The notes below the pieces were generated by a model. It made no database searches, was not told where the DNA came from, and saw nothing but the letters and a program-made list of their open reading frames with translations. Both the position numbers and the translations under genes were made by a program. This document shows, piece by piece, positions 16,835 through 26,470 of a DNA stretch of 35,865 nucleotides (position 1 is the first letter of the stretch; every line of letters starts with the position of its first letter). This stretch comes from Vulcanimicrobiota bacterium (GTDB lineage Bacteria > Vulcanimicrobiota > Vulcanimicrobiia > Vulcanimicrobiales > Vulcanimicrobiaceae): the NCBI GenBank assembly GCA_019245275.1, contig JAFARW010000147.1:1-35865 (forward strand), in the 5' to 3' direction.

Positions 16835-18538
16835 GTGACGCTGATTGGCTGGATCCAAGCGGTCGTTCTGTTCCTCGCGGTTCTGGTCTTCGTCAAACCG
16901 CTGGGCGGCTTTATGGCTCGCGTCTTCAACGGCGAGCGCAACTTCTTATCGCCAATCCTCCGACCGGTCGAGCGCGCGATTTACCGTCTCGGCGGAATAA
17001 ACGAAGACGAAGAGATGGCGTGGTACACCTATCTTTTCGCCGTCCTCGCATTCTCGTTCGTCGGGTTAGCGTGGCTCTATCTCCTGCTCCGCACGCAACA
17101 ATGGCTGCCGCTCAATCCGCAGCGTTTCGCAGCGATGTCGCCCGACCTCGCCTGGAACACCGCCGTCAGTTTTATGACGAACACGAACTGGCAGTTTTAT
17201 TCGGGCGAAAGCACGGTCAGCTACTTCAGTCAGATGGCCGGCTTGGCGTGGCACAATTTTGTTTCCGCTGCGGCCGGCATCGCACTCGCAATCGCGCTGA
17301 TTCGCGGCATCGCGCGCACGACGCTCAAAACCCTTGGCAACTTTTGGGTCGACCTAACGCGCGCGTGCCTTTACATCCTATTACCGATCTCAATAGTCGG
17401 CTGTCTGATCCTTGTCATGCAAGGCGTGCCGCAGAACTTCCATTCATACGAGACGGCCAAATCTGTGCAAGGATTCTCGCAGCAGATCACCGGCGGCCCG
17501 ATGGCATCCCAAGAAGTGATCAAGGAGCTCGGCACTAACGGCGGCGGGTTCGTTAATGCAAACTCAGCATCGCCAAACGAGAATCCAACGCCGTTCTCCG
17601 ACTTCTTCGAGCTGTGGCTGATTCTAGCGATCGGTGCCGCGCTCACGTACACGTACGGCAAGATGGTCAAAGACACGCGGCAAGGCTGGGCCCTCTTTAT
17701 TGCGATGTCGATCTTGTTTTTCGGCGGCTTGCTCGTCGTTTATTGGGCTGAAGCGGCCGGCAATCCGGCAATTCACCAGCTTGGCATCGCGGGCGCAAAC
17801 ATGGAAGGCAAAGAGGTCCGGTTCGGCCTGGCTGCGTCAACGTTATGGGCCAATACGACCACGGCGACTTCCTGCGGCGCCGTCAATGCAATGCATGATT
17901 CATTCACAGCACTTGGCGGGCTAATTCCGCTCGTCAACATGCAGTTAGGCGAAATCATCTTCGGCGGCGTCGGCAGCGGGCTGTACGCGAAGCTGATGTT
18001 TGTCGTTCTTACCGTTTTCATCGCCGGACTCATGGTCGGCCGCACTCCGGAATTTCTCGGCAAGAAGATCGAACGCCGCGAAGTTACGTTCGCGATCCTC
18101 TCGATCTTGATAACGCCCCTTCTCGTCCTCGTTCCGACTGCCGTCGCGGTGTTGATACCTAGCGGCCTCGCGACGCTCGGCAACACCGGCCCGCACGGAT
18201 TCTCCGAGATTCTCTACGCATTCACGTCGACGAACGCGAACAATGGGAGCGCATTTGCGGGACTCGGTCCGAACCTCTTTTACAATCTGACGACCGGCGC
18301 AAATATGCTCTTCGGAAGATTTGCAGAGGTCATTCCGGTCTTGGCACTTGCCGGCGCGCTGGCCGGCAAAAAAGCGGCCCCTGAAAGCGCGGGCACGTTC
18401 ACCACTTACTCGCCGATCTTTGTGGGATTGCTGATCGGCACGATATTGATCGTCGGAGCACTGACGTTTTTGCCGGCCGATGCTCTTGGTCCGATTGTGG
18501 AACATCTGCTCAATCTCAAGGGAAGCACTTTCCAATGA
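16835..18538 (+). CDS. kdpA: K+-transporting ATPase subunit A
   Basis: 567 aa polytopic protein with KdpA hallmarks ([40 protein letters not shown]). Confidence 0.97.
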   Translation: MTLIGWIQAVVLFLAVLVFVKPLGGFMARVFNGERNFLSPILRPVERAIYRLGGINEDEEMAWYTYLFAVLAFSFVGLAWLYLLLRTQQWLPLNPQRFAAMSPDLAWNTAVSFMTNTNWQFYSGESTVSYFSQMAGLAWHNFVSAAAGIALAIALIRGIARTTLKTLGNFWVDLTRACLYILLPISIVGCLILVMQGVPQNFHSYETAKSVQGFSQQITGGPMASQEVIKELGTNGGGFVNANSASPNENPTPFSDFFELWLILAIGAALTYTYGKMVKDTRQGWALFIAMSILFFGGLLVVYWAEAAGNPAIHQLGIAGANMEGKEVRFGLAASTLWANTTTATSCGAVNAMHDSFTALGGLIPLVNMQLGEIIFGGVGSGLYAKLMFVVLTVFIAGLMVGRTPEFLGKKIERREVTFAILSILITPLLVLVPTAVAVLIPSGLATLGNTGPHGFSEILYAFTSTNANNGSAFAGLGPNLFYNLTTGANMLFGRFAEVIPVLALAGALAGKKAAPESAGTFTTYSPIFVGLLIGTILIVGALTFLPADALGPIVEHLLNLKGSTFQ

Positions 18539-20592
18539 TTCCGCAACGCCGCATCGACCGCCGTCCAAAAGCGAGCTCCCTCTTCGATCGGGCGATTGTC
18601 GGGCGCGCGATTCTCGACTCATTCAAAAAACTCGATCCGCGCTGGCAGATTCGCAATCCGGTCATGTTCATCGTGGAGATCGGCTCTGTCGTAACGACCG
18701 GTTTCTTCATCCGCGACATCTCCTCGCACACCGGCCACGCCGGCTTCGATTTCGCGATCGCCGCGTGGCTCTGGTTTACAGTTCTCTTTGCAAACTTCGC
18801 AGAAGCCGTCGCTGAAGGTCGCGGCAAAGCGCAAGCCGATTACTTGCGTCGCACGAAAGCCGAGACGATCGCCAAGAAACTGGATGAAGCCGGCACCGTG
18901 ACGCGCGTTTCGTCGGCATTGCTGCGTGCAGGCGACCTCGTGCAAGTGGATGCCGGTGAGTTGATTCCGGCCGACGGTGATGTGATCAAGGGCGCCGCGA
19001 CCGTCGATGAATCTGCGATCACCGGCGAGTCCGCGCCCGTCATCCGAGAAGCCGGCGGCGATCGCAGCGCCGTAACGGGCGGAACGCGAGTTCTTTCGGA
19101 CCACATCACCGTGCGTGTGAGCGCGGACCCGGGAGAAAGCTTCCTCGACCGCATGATCGCACTCGTTGAAGGCGCGCAGCGGCAAAAGACGCCCAATGAA
19201 ATTGCACTTACGATCCTGCTCGCTGGGTTAACGATCATCTTCTTAATCGCCGTGGCGACCCTCGCACCGTTCTCGCTCTATGCCGGCACGCGACAATCCC
19301 TGGTCGTTCTGATTGCGCTTCTCGTGTGCCTGATCCCGACGACGATCGGAGGTTTGCTTTCCGCAATTGGAATCGCCGGCATGGATCGCGTCATGCAGCG
19401 CAACGTGCTCGCAATGAGCGGACGAGCAGTTGAAGCGGCGGGCGATGTTGACACCTTGCTGCTCGACAAGACCGGCACGATCACGCTCGGCAACCGGCAA
19501 GCGGTCGAGATTCTGCCGGCGCCCGGCATCGATGCACAAGACGCAACGCAGATCGCTTATCTCTCATCGTTGCCGGACGAAACGCCCGAAGGTCGCTCGA
19601 TCGTCGCGCTTGCGCAGCGCGCGGGATTGAGCGGAGACGCTGCGCTGCCGGAAGGTGCGACATTCGTCCCGTTCAGCGCGTACACGCGCATGAGCGGCGT
19701 CGATATGAACGGCCCACAGATTCGCAAGGGCGCGCCGGATGCAATCCTCAACTGGGTCCGCGAGCAGGGCGGATCACCGAGCACGGATCTCTCGGGTGAA
19801 GTCGAGCGAATCGCACGAAGCGGTGGAACGCCGCTCTTGCTCGCCCGCAACCAAATGGTTGTCGGCGTGATCCACCTCAAAGATATCCTCAAGCCGAACA
19901 TGATCGCGCGCTTCGATCGGCTGCGAGCAATGGGCATTCGCACAGTCATGATCACAGGCGACAATCCGCTGACCGCAGCTGCGATCGCCAAGGAATCCGG
20001 CATCGACGATTTTCTCGCCGAGGCAACGCCGGAAACAAAAATGGACCTGATCAAGCGCGAGCAGGGTTCGGGGCGGCTCGTTGCGATGACCGGCGACGGC
20101 ACAAACGATGCGCCTGCGCTAGCGCAAGCTGACGTCGGCGTGGCGATGAATTCGGGAACGCAGGCGGCCAAAGAAGCCGCTAACATGGTCGATCTCGATT
20201 CGGATCCGACCAAGTTAATCGAAGTCGTCGAGATCGGCAAGCAGTTGCTGATGACCCGCGGCTCGCTGACGACCTTCTCCATCGCGAACGACGTTGCGAA
20301 GTACTTTGCTATTCTGCCGGCAATGTTCGCGACCGCTTACCCGGTCATGAACGTCCTGAACATCATGCGCCTTACGACACCGCAGAGCGCAATTCTATCA
20401 GCCGTTATCTTCAACGCGCTTATCATCATCGCGCTGATTCCGCTCGCGTTGCGCGGCGTCGCCTATCGTCCGCGTGGCGCTAGCGCGGTGTTGCGTGAGA
20501 ACGTCTTGGTCTACGGCGTCGGCGGAATCATTGCGCCATTCATCGGCATCAAATTGATCGACATCATCCTCAGCCTTCTCCATCTGACGTAA
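18535..20592 (+). CDS. kdpB: K+-transporting P-type ATPase subunit B
   Basis: 685 aa with DKTGTIT phosphorylation site, TGES, MITGDN and [14 protein letters not shown] overlap with kdpA. Confidence 0.97.
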   Translation: MIPQRRIDRRPKASSLFDRAIVGRAILDSFKKLDPRWQIRNPVMFIVEIGSVVTTGFFIRDISSHTGHAGFDFAIAAWLWFTVLFANFAEAVAEGRGKAQADYLRRTKAETIAKKLDEAGTVTRVSSALLRAGDLVQVDAGELIPADGDVIKGAATVDESAITGESAPVIREAGGDRSAVTGGTRVLSDHITVRVSADPGESFLDRMIALVEGAQRQKTPNEIALTILLAGLTIIFLIAVATLAPFSLYAGTRQSLVVLIALLVCLIPTTIGGLLSAIGIAGMDRVMQRNVLAMSGRAVEAAGDVDTLLLDKTGTITLGNRQAVEILPAPGIDAQDATQIAYLSSLPDETPEGRSIVALAQRAGLSGDAALPEGATFVPFSAYTRMSGVDMNGPQIRKGAPDAILNWVREQGGSPSTDLSGEVERIARSGGTPLLLARNQMVVGVIHLKDILKPNMIARFDRLRAMGIRTVMITGDNPLTAAAIAKESGIDDFLAEATPETKMDLIKREQGSGRLVAMTGDGTNDAPALAQADVGVAMNSGTQAAKEAANMVDLDSDPTKLIEVVEIGKQLLMTRGSLTTFSIANDVAKYFAILPAMFATAYPVMNVLNIMRLTTPQSAILSAVIFNALIIIALIPLALRGVAYRPRGASAVLRENVLVYGVGGIIAPFIGIKLIDIILSLLHLT

Positions 20593-20597
20593 GCAAT

Positions 20598-21170
20598 ATG
20601 ATCAAACATCTTGGTATCTCGCTGCGCTTAACGATCCTGACCGTGATCGTACTCGGTCTGATGTACCCCTTTGCAATGACCGGCATCGCGCAACTGATCT
20701 TTCCGAAGCAAGCCAACGGCTCGCTCGTGAGTGTGAACGGTAACATCGTCGCCTCCGACATCATCGGCCAACTTTGGACGAAGCCGCAATACTTTCACGG
20801 CCGTCCCTCGGCCGCCGGTAAGAACGGCTACGATCCGACGTCAACCGGCGGCACGAACCTCGGACCGACATCGAAGAAGCTAATCAGCACGACCAAGACG
20901 ACGATCGCTCAATTACGTAAAGAGAATCCGGACGCGAGCGGTCCGCCGCCGATGGACCTAGTTACGTCAAGCGCAAGCGGCATCGATCCGGACATCAGTC
21001 CGGAAGGCGCCTACTACCAGGCCGCGCGGGTTGCGAAAGCGCGCGGCCTAGCCGTCGCACGCGTCAATACACTGATCGCCCAACATACCAAAGGCCGCAC
21101 GTTGGGCTTTTTGGGTGAGCCGCGGGTTAATGTTACCGAGCTGAATCTAGCGCTGCAAAATCTCCGTTAG
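20598..21170 (+). CDS. kdpC: K+-transporting ATPase subunit C
   Basis: 190 aa with an N-terminal TM helix. GSSLV-like GSLVS, FHGRPSA, TSSASGIDPDISPEGA and VTELNLAL are typical of KdpC. Confidence 0.93.
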   Translation: MIKHLGISLRLTILTVIVLGLMYPFAMTGIAQLIFPKQANGSLVSVNGNIVASDIIGQLWTKPQYFHGRPSAAGKNGYDPTSTGGTNLGPTSKKLISTTKTTIAQLRKENPDASGPPPMDLVTSSASGIDPDISPEGAYYQAARVAKARGLAVARVNTLIAQHTKGRTLGFLGEPRVNVTELNLALQNLR

Positions 21171-21176
21171 AACGCC

Positions 21177-23282
21177 TCACTCGCCACGCCGCGTCAGTAC
21201 GAGTACCTCCCGCGCGCCCGCATCGAGAACGCGCCGAGCGAATGCATTGCGCTGAGGCCATCGCGGATGGCGTAAGGTTGTAGCCATCGCAACGACCGTC
21301 TCAGGCTCCATGCGTGCAAGCTCAATGATGCGCCGGGGAGCGTCGTGCGTCATCTCTTGATGCCACGTAGCATGGTTCTTCTCAGTTTCGAGCCGTAGTC
21401 GCTCGGTCAGCTCGTCGCTCGGTCTGTCGCGCGGCTCGGTAATCATCGCAACTGCCAAGCGCACGCCCATGCGCGCCGCGATCTGACTGCAGCGCCGGAC
21501 CAGCGCGACATCTTCGTTACGCGGACCTGCACATAGCAACAATTGCTCAAACGGCGCGTGCGGACGCTTGCGAATGCGCGCGCGTAGTGCTTCGCGCAAG
21601 GCGAGTTCGCGCAGCGCGGTCAGATTGTCGAGCGTGAAGAAATTCGCCAGCGCGCGTTCGATGCGCTCGGGAGGGTAGATCTTGCCCTCACGCAGACGCG
21701 CACGCAACGTCTGCGGCGTGACGTCGATCAAGATTACTTCATTTGCGATCGCGAGGATACCGTCCGGAAGTGTTTCACGCACGACCGTCTGCGTTAATCG
21801 AAATACGGTGTCGTTGAGCGCTTCGAGATGCTGGATGTTCAAGGTTGTGATCACGTCGATTCCGGCGCGCAAGATCGCTAGCACGTCTTCATACCGTTTT
21901 TGAAACGCTGAGCCGGGCGCGTTCGTGTGTGCGAGTTCATCGATCAGCACGACCTGCGGATGGCGTTCAATCACGGCATCGCGATCGAGTTCTTCATATC
22001 GGACGCCGTCCTTAACGATCACCTCACGAGGCAAGACTTCTATCCCCTCGATGAGTGCAGCGGTCTCGGCGCGACCGTGCGTTTCGATGAATCCGGCGAT
22101 GACATCGATGCCTTCTCCTTTGAGCTGATGTGCACGATCGAGCATTGCATAAGTCTTGCCGCTGCCTGCAACCGACCCAAGGTAAACCGTTAACCGGCCG
22201 TAGCCGCTCGCTGCTTCACCGTCGGATTGCGGCGCGCCGAGCACATCTGAGGCCGGCGGGACACCGAGATAAACCTGCGATGGATCGATCACCAGAATGT
22301 CACGATCTTGATGGCGGTTGACGATGTGGCGTGCGGCCTTACCGTTCGGCAAGACGATCAAACTCGCGCGAAGCGCTGAAACATCCATCGTAAGCGGATC
22401 GAGCGGTTCGCTCAAAATCTCGGCGCCGACACGCACGGCAACTTCGTCGAGCAAGGAGCGCTCAACATTGCCGGCGGGACGAATCTCGAGGCGTAGATCC
22501 AAAGCGCCTGCAACCGCCGCGGCACGTTCGACATAAGAGTCGACGGGAATATCGGCGGGCACGAAGACGACTGCGGTCGAGACCCGCTCGGCGGAGACGT
22601 TCGGTTGCGTGACGTGGTCGACGGCATGTAAGAGCAATTCGCGCAGCGCGTACAGCGTGCGATCTGAGAAGACGCCTTGGAGCGCCGCATCAACATCCGT
22701 ATCTGAGACGATCTTGCCGGAGCGCAAGCGACTCTGCACAAGTTGCGGCGAAACGTCGAAGGCGACGACCTCATCGGCGCTTTCCAGAAAGCGATCCGGA
22801 ACGATCGCGCGCAGCGCGTGGCCGGTCAAGCGTTCGGCAGCCGGAGCGACGCTCTCAAGATGTGCGATATTGAAAGCGCATAAAACCGAAATTCCAGCGT
22901 CGCGTAAAGCGAGCGCTTCTTCCCAACGCATCGCATATCGCGAACCCGGCAGATTTGCATGCGCGACCTCGTCCAGCGCGATTACCTGCGGCCTACGAGC
23001 CAGCGCCGCTTCAAAGTCAAACTCCAAGAAATTGCGTCCATTGCGCACGACCTCACGCGGCGGAATGCGCGGCAAACCCTCCGCGAGCCGCTCGAGATCC
23101 GCACGACCTTTTGTTTCGATCCAACCGATTATGGCGTCGCGTCCGAGCGAGCGCAGCCGGTGCAACTCTAAGAGAAGGCGGCGCGTCTTTCCGCTGCCGG
23201 GCGCGGCGGAGAGGTAGACGACGAGCCGCGGCCGCTCGCCGTATTCGGCCAGCAGCTGCTCGACACTCGGGCGTGGCGGCAT
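21177..23282 (-). CDS. Soluble protein made of two tandem KdpD N-terminal sensor (KdpD_N + Usp-like) modules; no TM or kinase domains
   Basis: Module 1 (aa ~17-340): VVYLSAAPGSGKTRR...IGWIETKGRAD...ALDEVAHANLPGSRY...LCAFNIAHLES. Module 2 (aa ~362-701): TVYLGSVAGSGKTYAM...AGFIETHGRAET...LIDELAHTNAPGSAFQKRYEDV...TTLNIQHLEALND...LTALRELALREA. Each is followed by a Usp-like segment. Confidence 0.85.
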   Translation of the reverse strand: MPPRPSVEQLLAEYGERPRLVVYLSAAPGSGKTRRLLLELHRLRSLGRDAIIGWIETKGRADLERLAEGLPRIPPREVVRNGRNFLEFDFEAALARRPQVIALDEVAHANLPGSRYAMRWEEALALRDAGISVLCAFNIAHLESVAPAAERLTGHALRAIVPDRFLESADEVVAFDVSPQLVQSRLRSGKIVSDTDVDAALQGVFSDRTLYALRELLLHAVDHVTQPNVSAERVSTAVVFVPADIPVDSYVERAAAVAGALDLRLEIRPAGNVERSLLDEVAVRVGAEILSEPLDPLTMDVSALRASLIVLPNGKAARHIVNRHQDRDILVIDPSQVYLGVPPASDVLGAPQSDGEAASGYGRLTVYLGSVAGSGKTYAMLDRAHQLKGEGIDVIAGFIETHGRAETAALIEGIEVLPREVIVKDGVRYEELDRDAVIERHPQVVLIDELAHTNAPGSAFQKRYEDVLAILRAGIDVITTLNIQHLEALNDTVFRLTQTVVRETLPDGILAIANEVILIDVTPQTLRARLREGKIYPPERIERALANFFTLDNLTALRELALREALRARIRKRPHAPFEQLLLCAGPRNEDVALVRRCSQIAARMGVRLAVAMITEPRDRPSDELTERLRLETEKNHATWHQEMTHDAPRRIIELARMEPETVVAMATTLRHPRWPQRNAFARRVLDAGAREVLVLTRRGE

Positions 23283-23308
23283 CCTCCCGCCATTTTACCA
23301 GGGAGGAT

Positions 23309-24880
23309 GTGCGGCGTCTGGAACGGCTTTTGTGGATGCTGCCGCTGGCTTGTTACGCGCTGCTCTTGGCGGCTTGGATCCTCGACCTTTTTACGCCGCA
23401 GCTCTTCATCGCCGCAATCCTCTTCAACATTCCAATCGCGCTCAGCAGCCTCGCGATGAGGCGCAACCTAACGATTTCGCTGGTCGTTGCGTCTGAGGTC
23501 GCAAACATCATTGCCGGATACGTCAATGCCTTGCAAGCGCATCACTTCGATGTTGTTGCGTTCGGCGATCGAGCGCTGCTTGCAGCGTCGTTCCTACTGA
23601 TCGGCTACATGACGATCAAAACGCAGCAACTCGGCCATACTGCGGGCCTCTCAGACGCTCGCGCCGAGCAGGCGCAACGCGAGCGGCGGTTGCGTATTGC
23701 GCTCGACCACGTACGGGAGAGCTTGAGCACCGAGCTCGTTTTGCGTGCGATCGTTCGTGAGGCCATCGCACTCTCAAACGCGCAGTCCGGAATGTTGCTT
23801 GTCGAAGCCCCGTCGAGCGATGCGCCGGAGCGTTACGTCGGTGAGTCTGCGACGCGCGAGATTCGAGTCGAACGATCGCCTCTCGGGGCGGAAGTCCGCT
23901 CGATCTTGGCGCGCGAAATGGACGGTCCGGTTGTCTTACGGGCTGACGGCACGGATACAATCGCGCGTTACGCCCTCGAATCGCTGCCCGCACGTGAAGC
24001 GCTCATTACACCGCTTCGCATGGACTCGCGTGATCTTCGGCTCCTCCTGACATCACAGCAGACCAAGTGGGCGCGTGACGATGCGCGGCTCCTGCGATCC
24101 TATGCGGAGCAGTGTGAGACTGCCCTCGCGCAATCGGATCTGTTCGTGCGAACGAGCGAACAAGCCGAGCAGATCGTTGACCAGCACGAAGCGCTCGTCG
24201 AGCGCAGCAACGTCATCCGCGATCTCGTTTACGCGCTTGCGCACGATTTACGTACGCCACTCGCCGCTGCGGATGCAACAATGCAGCAGGCGCTGCGCGG
24301 AGCCTACGGGGCGTTGCCCGATGCGTATCGCGATGTGCTTTCGACGAGCCTGCGTTCGAACGAAGAACTTCAAAGGATGGTCGAGACACTGCTGCTCGTC
24401 GCCCGCTACGAATCGGGAGAGGCATCCGCGCGGCGCGAGCGCGTCGACCTGGCGCAAGTCGCTCGTGAAGCCGTCGCCGAGATGGAATCCTCGGCTCTGG
24501 AACGCGATGTCCGCGTATGCTTTGAAGCAACTCCCACTGTCGTGCTCGCGGATCCGGATGAGCTGCGGCGCGCGCTCCTCAACCTGCTTGTAAATGCGAT
24601 CGCCGCATCGCCGCCGGGGTCGCAAATCGCGGTCACGGTCGGCAATGATACGGATGCCGCATTTGCCTCCATCGAAGACGAAGGCTTAGGAATCGCGCCT
24701 GAAGATCGCGTGCGACTCTTTCAACGCTTTGGCGTCACGACACGCAAACGCGGTGCCGGAACGGGCCTGGGACTCTACATCGTGCGACTGATTGCAGAGA
24801 AGCACGGCGGCAAGGCGATTTACGAACCGAAGGAGATTGGAAGCCGCTTTGCCATCCGTCTCCCACTGGCGAGTTCATAA
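23309..24880 (+). CDS. Membrane sensor histidine kinase (4 TM - GAF-like - HisKA - HATPase_c), resembling the C-terminal half of KdpD
   Basis: TM region WMLPLACYALLLAAWILDLF...IPIALSSLAM...LLAASFLLIGYMTI. H-box VYALAHDLRTPLAA, N-box LLNLLVNAIAAS, G-boxes EDEGLGIAPED and GAGTGLGLYIV. In-frame GTG at 23309 or ATG at 23333. The first 118 codons of the track ORF overlap the divergent gene. Confidence 0.85.
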   Translation: MRRLERLLWMLPLACYALLLAAWILDLFTPQLFIAAILFNIPIALSSLAMRRNLTISLVVASEVANIIAGYVNALQAHHFDVVAFGDRALLAASFLLIGYMTIKTQQLGHTAGLSDARAEQAQRERRLRIALDHVRESLSTELVLRAIVREAIALSNAQSGMLLVEAPSSDAPERYVGESATREIRVERSPLGAEVRSILAREMDGPVVLRADGTDTIARYALESLPAREALITPLRMDSRDLRLLLTSQQTKWARDDARLLRSYAEQCETALAQSDLFVRTSEQAEQIVDQHEALVERSNVIRDLVYALAHDLRTPLAAADATMQQALRGAYGALPDAYRDVLSTSLRSNEELQRMVETLLLVARYESGEASARRERVDLAQVAREAVAEMESSALERDVRVCFEATPTVVLADPDELRRALLNLLVNAIAASPPGSQIAVTVGNDTDAAFASIEDEGLGIAPEDRVRLFQRFGVTTRKRGAGTGLGLYIVRLIAEKHGGKAIYEPKEIGSRFAIRLPLASS

Positions 24881-25504
24881 ATGCGCGCCGTCATCATCGA
24901 GGATCATGCGTTGACGCGAACCGGCTTGCGTACCGCGCTCACTGCCGCCGGCGTCGAAGTTGCCGGTGAAGCAGCGGATGGAGTGAGCGCGATGGCGACC
25001 ATCGAGCACCTACTGCCGGACGTGGCGGTCGTCGATATCGGCTTGCCTGGCCGCGACGGCATCGAATTGACGCACCTGATTCGCAAGCAGTCGCCGCAAA
25101 CGCGCGTCGTCATCGTCACGATGATCGATCTCGAAGAAGAAGTGATTGCCGCGCTTGCCGCCGGTGCAGACGCCTACTGTCTGAAGACCGCCTCGGCGGA
25201 TCGTATTGCTGAAGCCGTGCGCATCGCGGCCGAAGGCGGCGCATATTTCGATCCGGCGATCGCGCACGTCGTCCTGCGCCGTTTTGCACCGAACGCTGCG
25301 CAACCATCGGCATCGCCCTTGACGCCGCGCGAAACGGAAATACTCGAACGAATCGCTGCGGGAGTCGGCAACGCGGACATCGCTAAAGAGCTGGCAATCG
25401 GCCTGGGGACCGTCAAAGGACACGTGCGCAGCATTCTGGAGAAACTTTCAGCCGCCGACCGCACGCAGGCGGCAGTCGTCGCTCTGCGCCGCGGCTATAT
25501 ATAG
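24881..25504 (+). CDS. NarL/FixJ-family response regulator (REC + LuxR-type HTH)
   Basis: MRAVIIEDHALTR...DVAVVDIGLPGRDG receiver domain. C-terminal LTPRETEILERIAAGVGNADIAKELAIGLGTVKGHVRSILEKL. The ATG directly abuts the kinase TAA. Confidence 0.9.
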   Translation: MRAVIIEDHALTRTGLRTALTAAGVEVAGEAADGVSAMATIEHLLPDVAVVDIGLPGRDGIELTHLIRKQSPQTRVVIVTMIDLEEEVIAALAAGADAYCLKTASADRIAEAVRIAAEGGAYFDPAIAHVVLRRFAPNAAQPSASPLTPRETEILERIAAGVGNADIAKELAIGLGTVKGHVRSILEKLSAADRTQAAVVALRRGYI

Positions 25505-25519
25505 GAACCTCCCAAGAAT

Positions 25520-26467
25520 CTAAAGCTTCTCGCGGCCGGGGGGCGTTGTGAGATCTTGTGCCGGGCCGATCGGGATGATACGCGTCGGATTGATTTCAGT
25601 ATGCGTGTAATAGTAGTGCCGTTTGATGTGATCGAAGTTGACCGTTCCAGCGACGCCGTCGAACTGATAGAGATCGCGTAGATAGCCATACAGGTTTTGG
25701 TAATCGATTATCCGGCGCAGGTTGCATTTGAAATGCAGGTAGTACACCGGATCGAAACGGATCAGCGTCGTGAATAAGCGCCAGTCGGTTTCAACGGGGC
25801 CTTTCCCAAAGAGATAGCGCCGCTCGGCAAGCCGGCGTTCGAGCGTGTTGAGCATTGTAAAGAGCCGGTACGCGGCTTCCTCGTATACCTTCTGTGAGGT
25901 TGCAAATCCGGCGCGATAGACGCCATCGTTGACATTCTCATAGATCACGTCATTGAGCTGATCGATGTCCTTCGCGAGCGGCTTCGGGTACAGGTCGGCT
26001 TTGACTGGCGCGATATCGCGAAACTCGGTTTCGAACATCCGCATGATGTCGTCATCTGAGTTGCTGACGATCCGTTTCGTCTTCTTGTCCCACAACACGG
26101 GCACGGTGACGCGTCCACGATACTGCGGATCGGTGGCCAGATACGCGTCTTTCAGAAATGCGAAGCCGTTGATCGGATCTTTCGAGTAACCCGGACCATC
26201 GCGAAACGCCCAGCCGCGATCGTCGCGCACCGGATCGACGACGGTCATCCCGATCGCGCGCTCGAGTCCCATCAGCTTTCGCGCGATCACCGTTCGATGC
26301 GCCCACGGACACGCCAGGGAGACATACAGATGGTAACGATCGGCGACGGCGGGAAACTTTGAGTTGCCGTCCGCCTTCACCCAATCCCGAAAGCGATCTG
26401 GTTGCCGGATAAATCTGCCGTCGGCCGATGCTTCATCCGGAAATTGGGCTTTTGTTTTCTTCGCCAT
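25520..26467 (-). CDS. Xi-class glutathione transferase / glutathionyl-hydroquinone reductase (YqjG/ECM4-like)
   Basis: 315 aa with RYHLYVSLACPWAHRTVIARKL (CPWA active site), VPVLWDKK and YRAGFA motifs. Confidence 0.85.
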   Translation of the reverse strand: MAKKTKAQFPDEASADGRFIRQPDRFRDWVKADGNSKFPAVADRYHLYVSLACPWAHRTVIARKLMGLERAIGMTVVDPVRDDRGWAFRDGPGYSKDPINGFAFLKDAYLATDPQYRGRVTVPVLWDKKTKRIVSNSDDDIMRMFETEFRDIAPVKADLYPKPLAKDIDQLNDVIYENVNDGVYRAGFATSQKVYEEAAYRLFTMLNTLERRLAERRYLFGKGPVETDWRLFTTLIRFDPVYYLHFKCNLRRIIDYQNLYGYLRDLYQFDGVAGTVNFDHIKRHYYYTHTEINPTRIIPIGPAQDLTTPPGREKL

Positions 26468-26470
26468 CGC

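Noticed and set aside
19557-20282. 241-aa minus-strand ORF inside kdpB. Similar cases are 5403..6083 in ftsH, 17945..18622 in kdpA, 22609..23217 in the KdpD-N gene and 27722..28306 in the glycosidase gene.
   Set aside because: All are antisense to genes with unambiguous family signatures, and none has motifs of its own.
22955-23308. N-terminal 118 codons of the histidine-kinase ORF
   Set aside because: It overlaps the 5' end of the divergent KdpD-N gene and is Arg/Ala-rich. The first TM helix begins after 23309.
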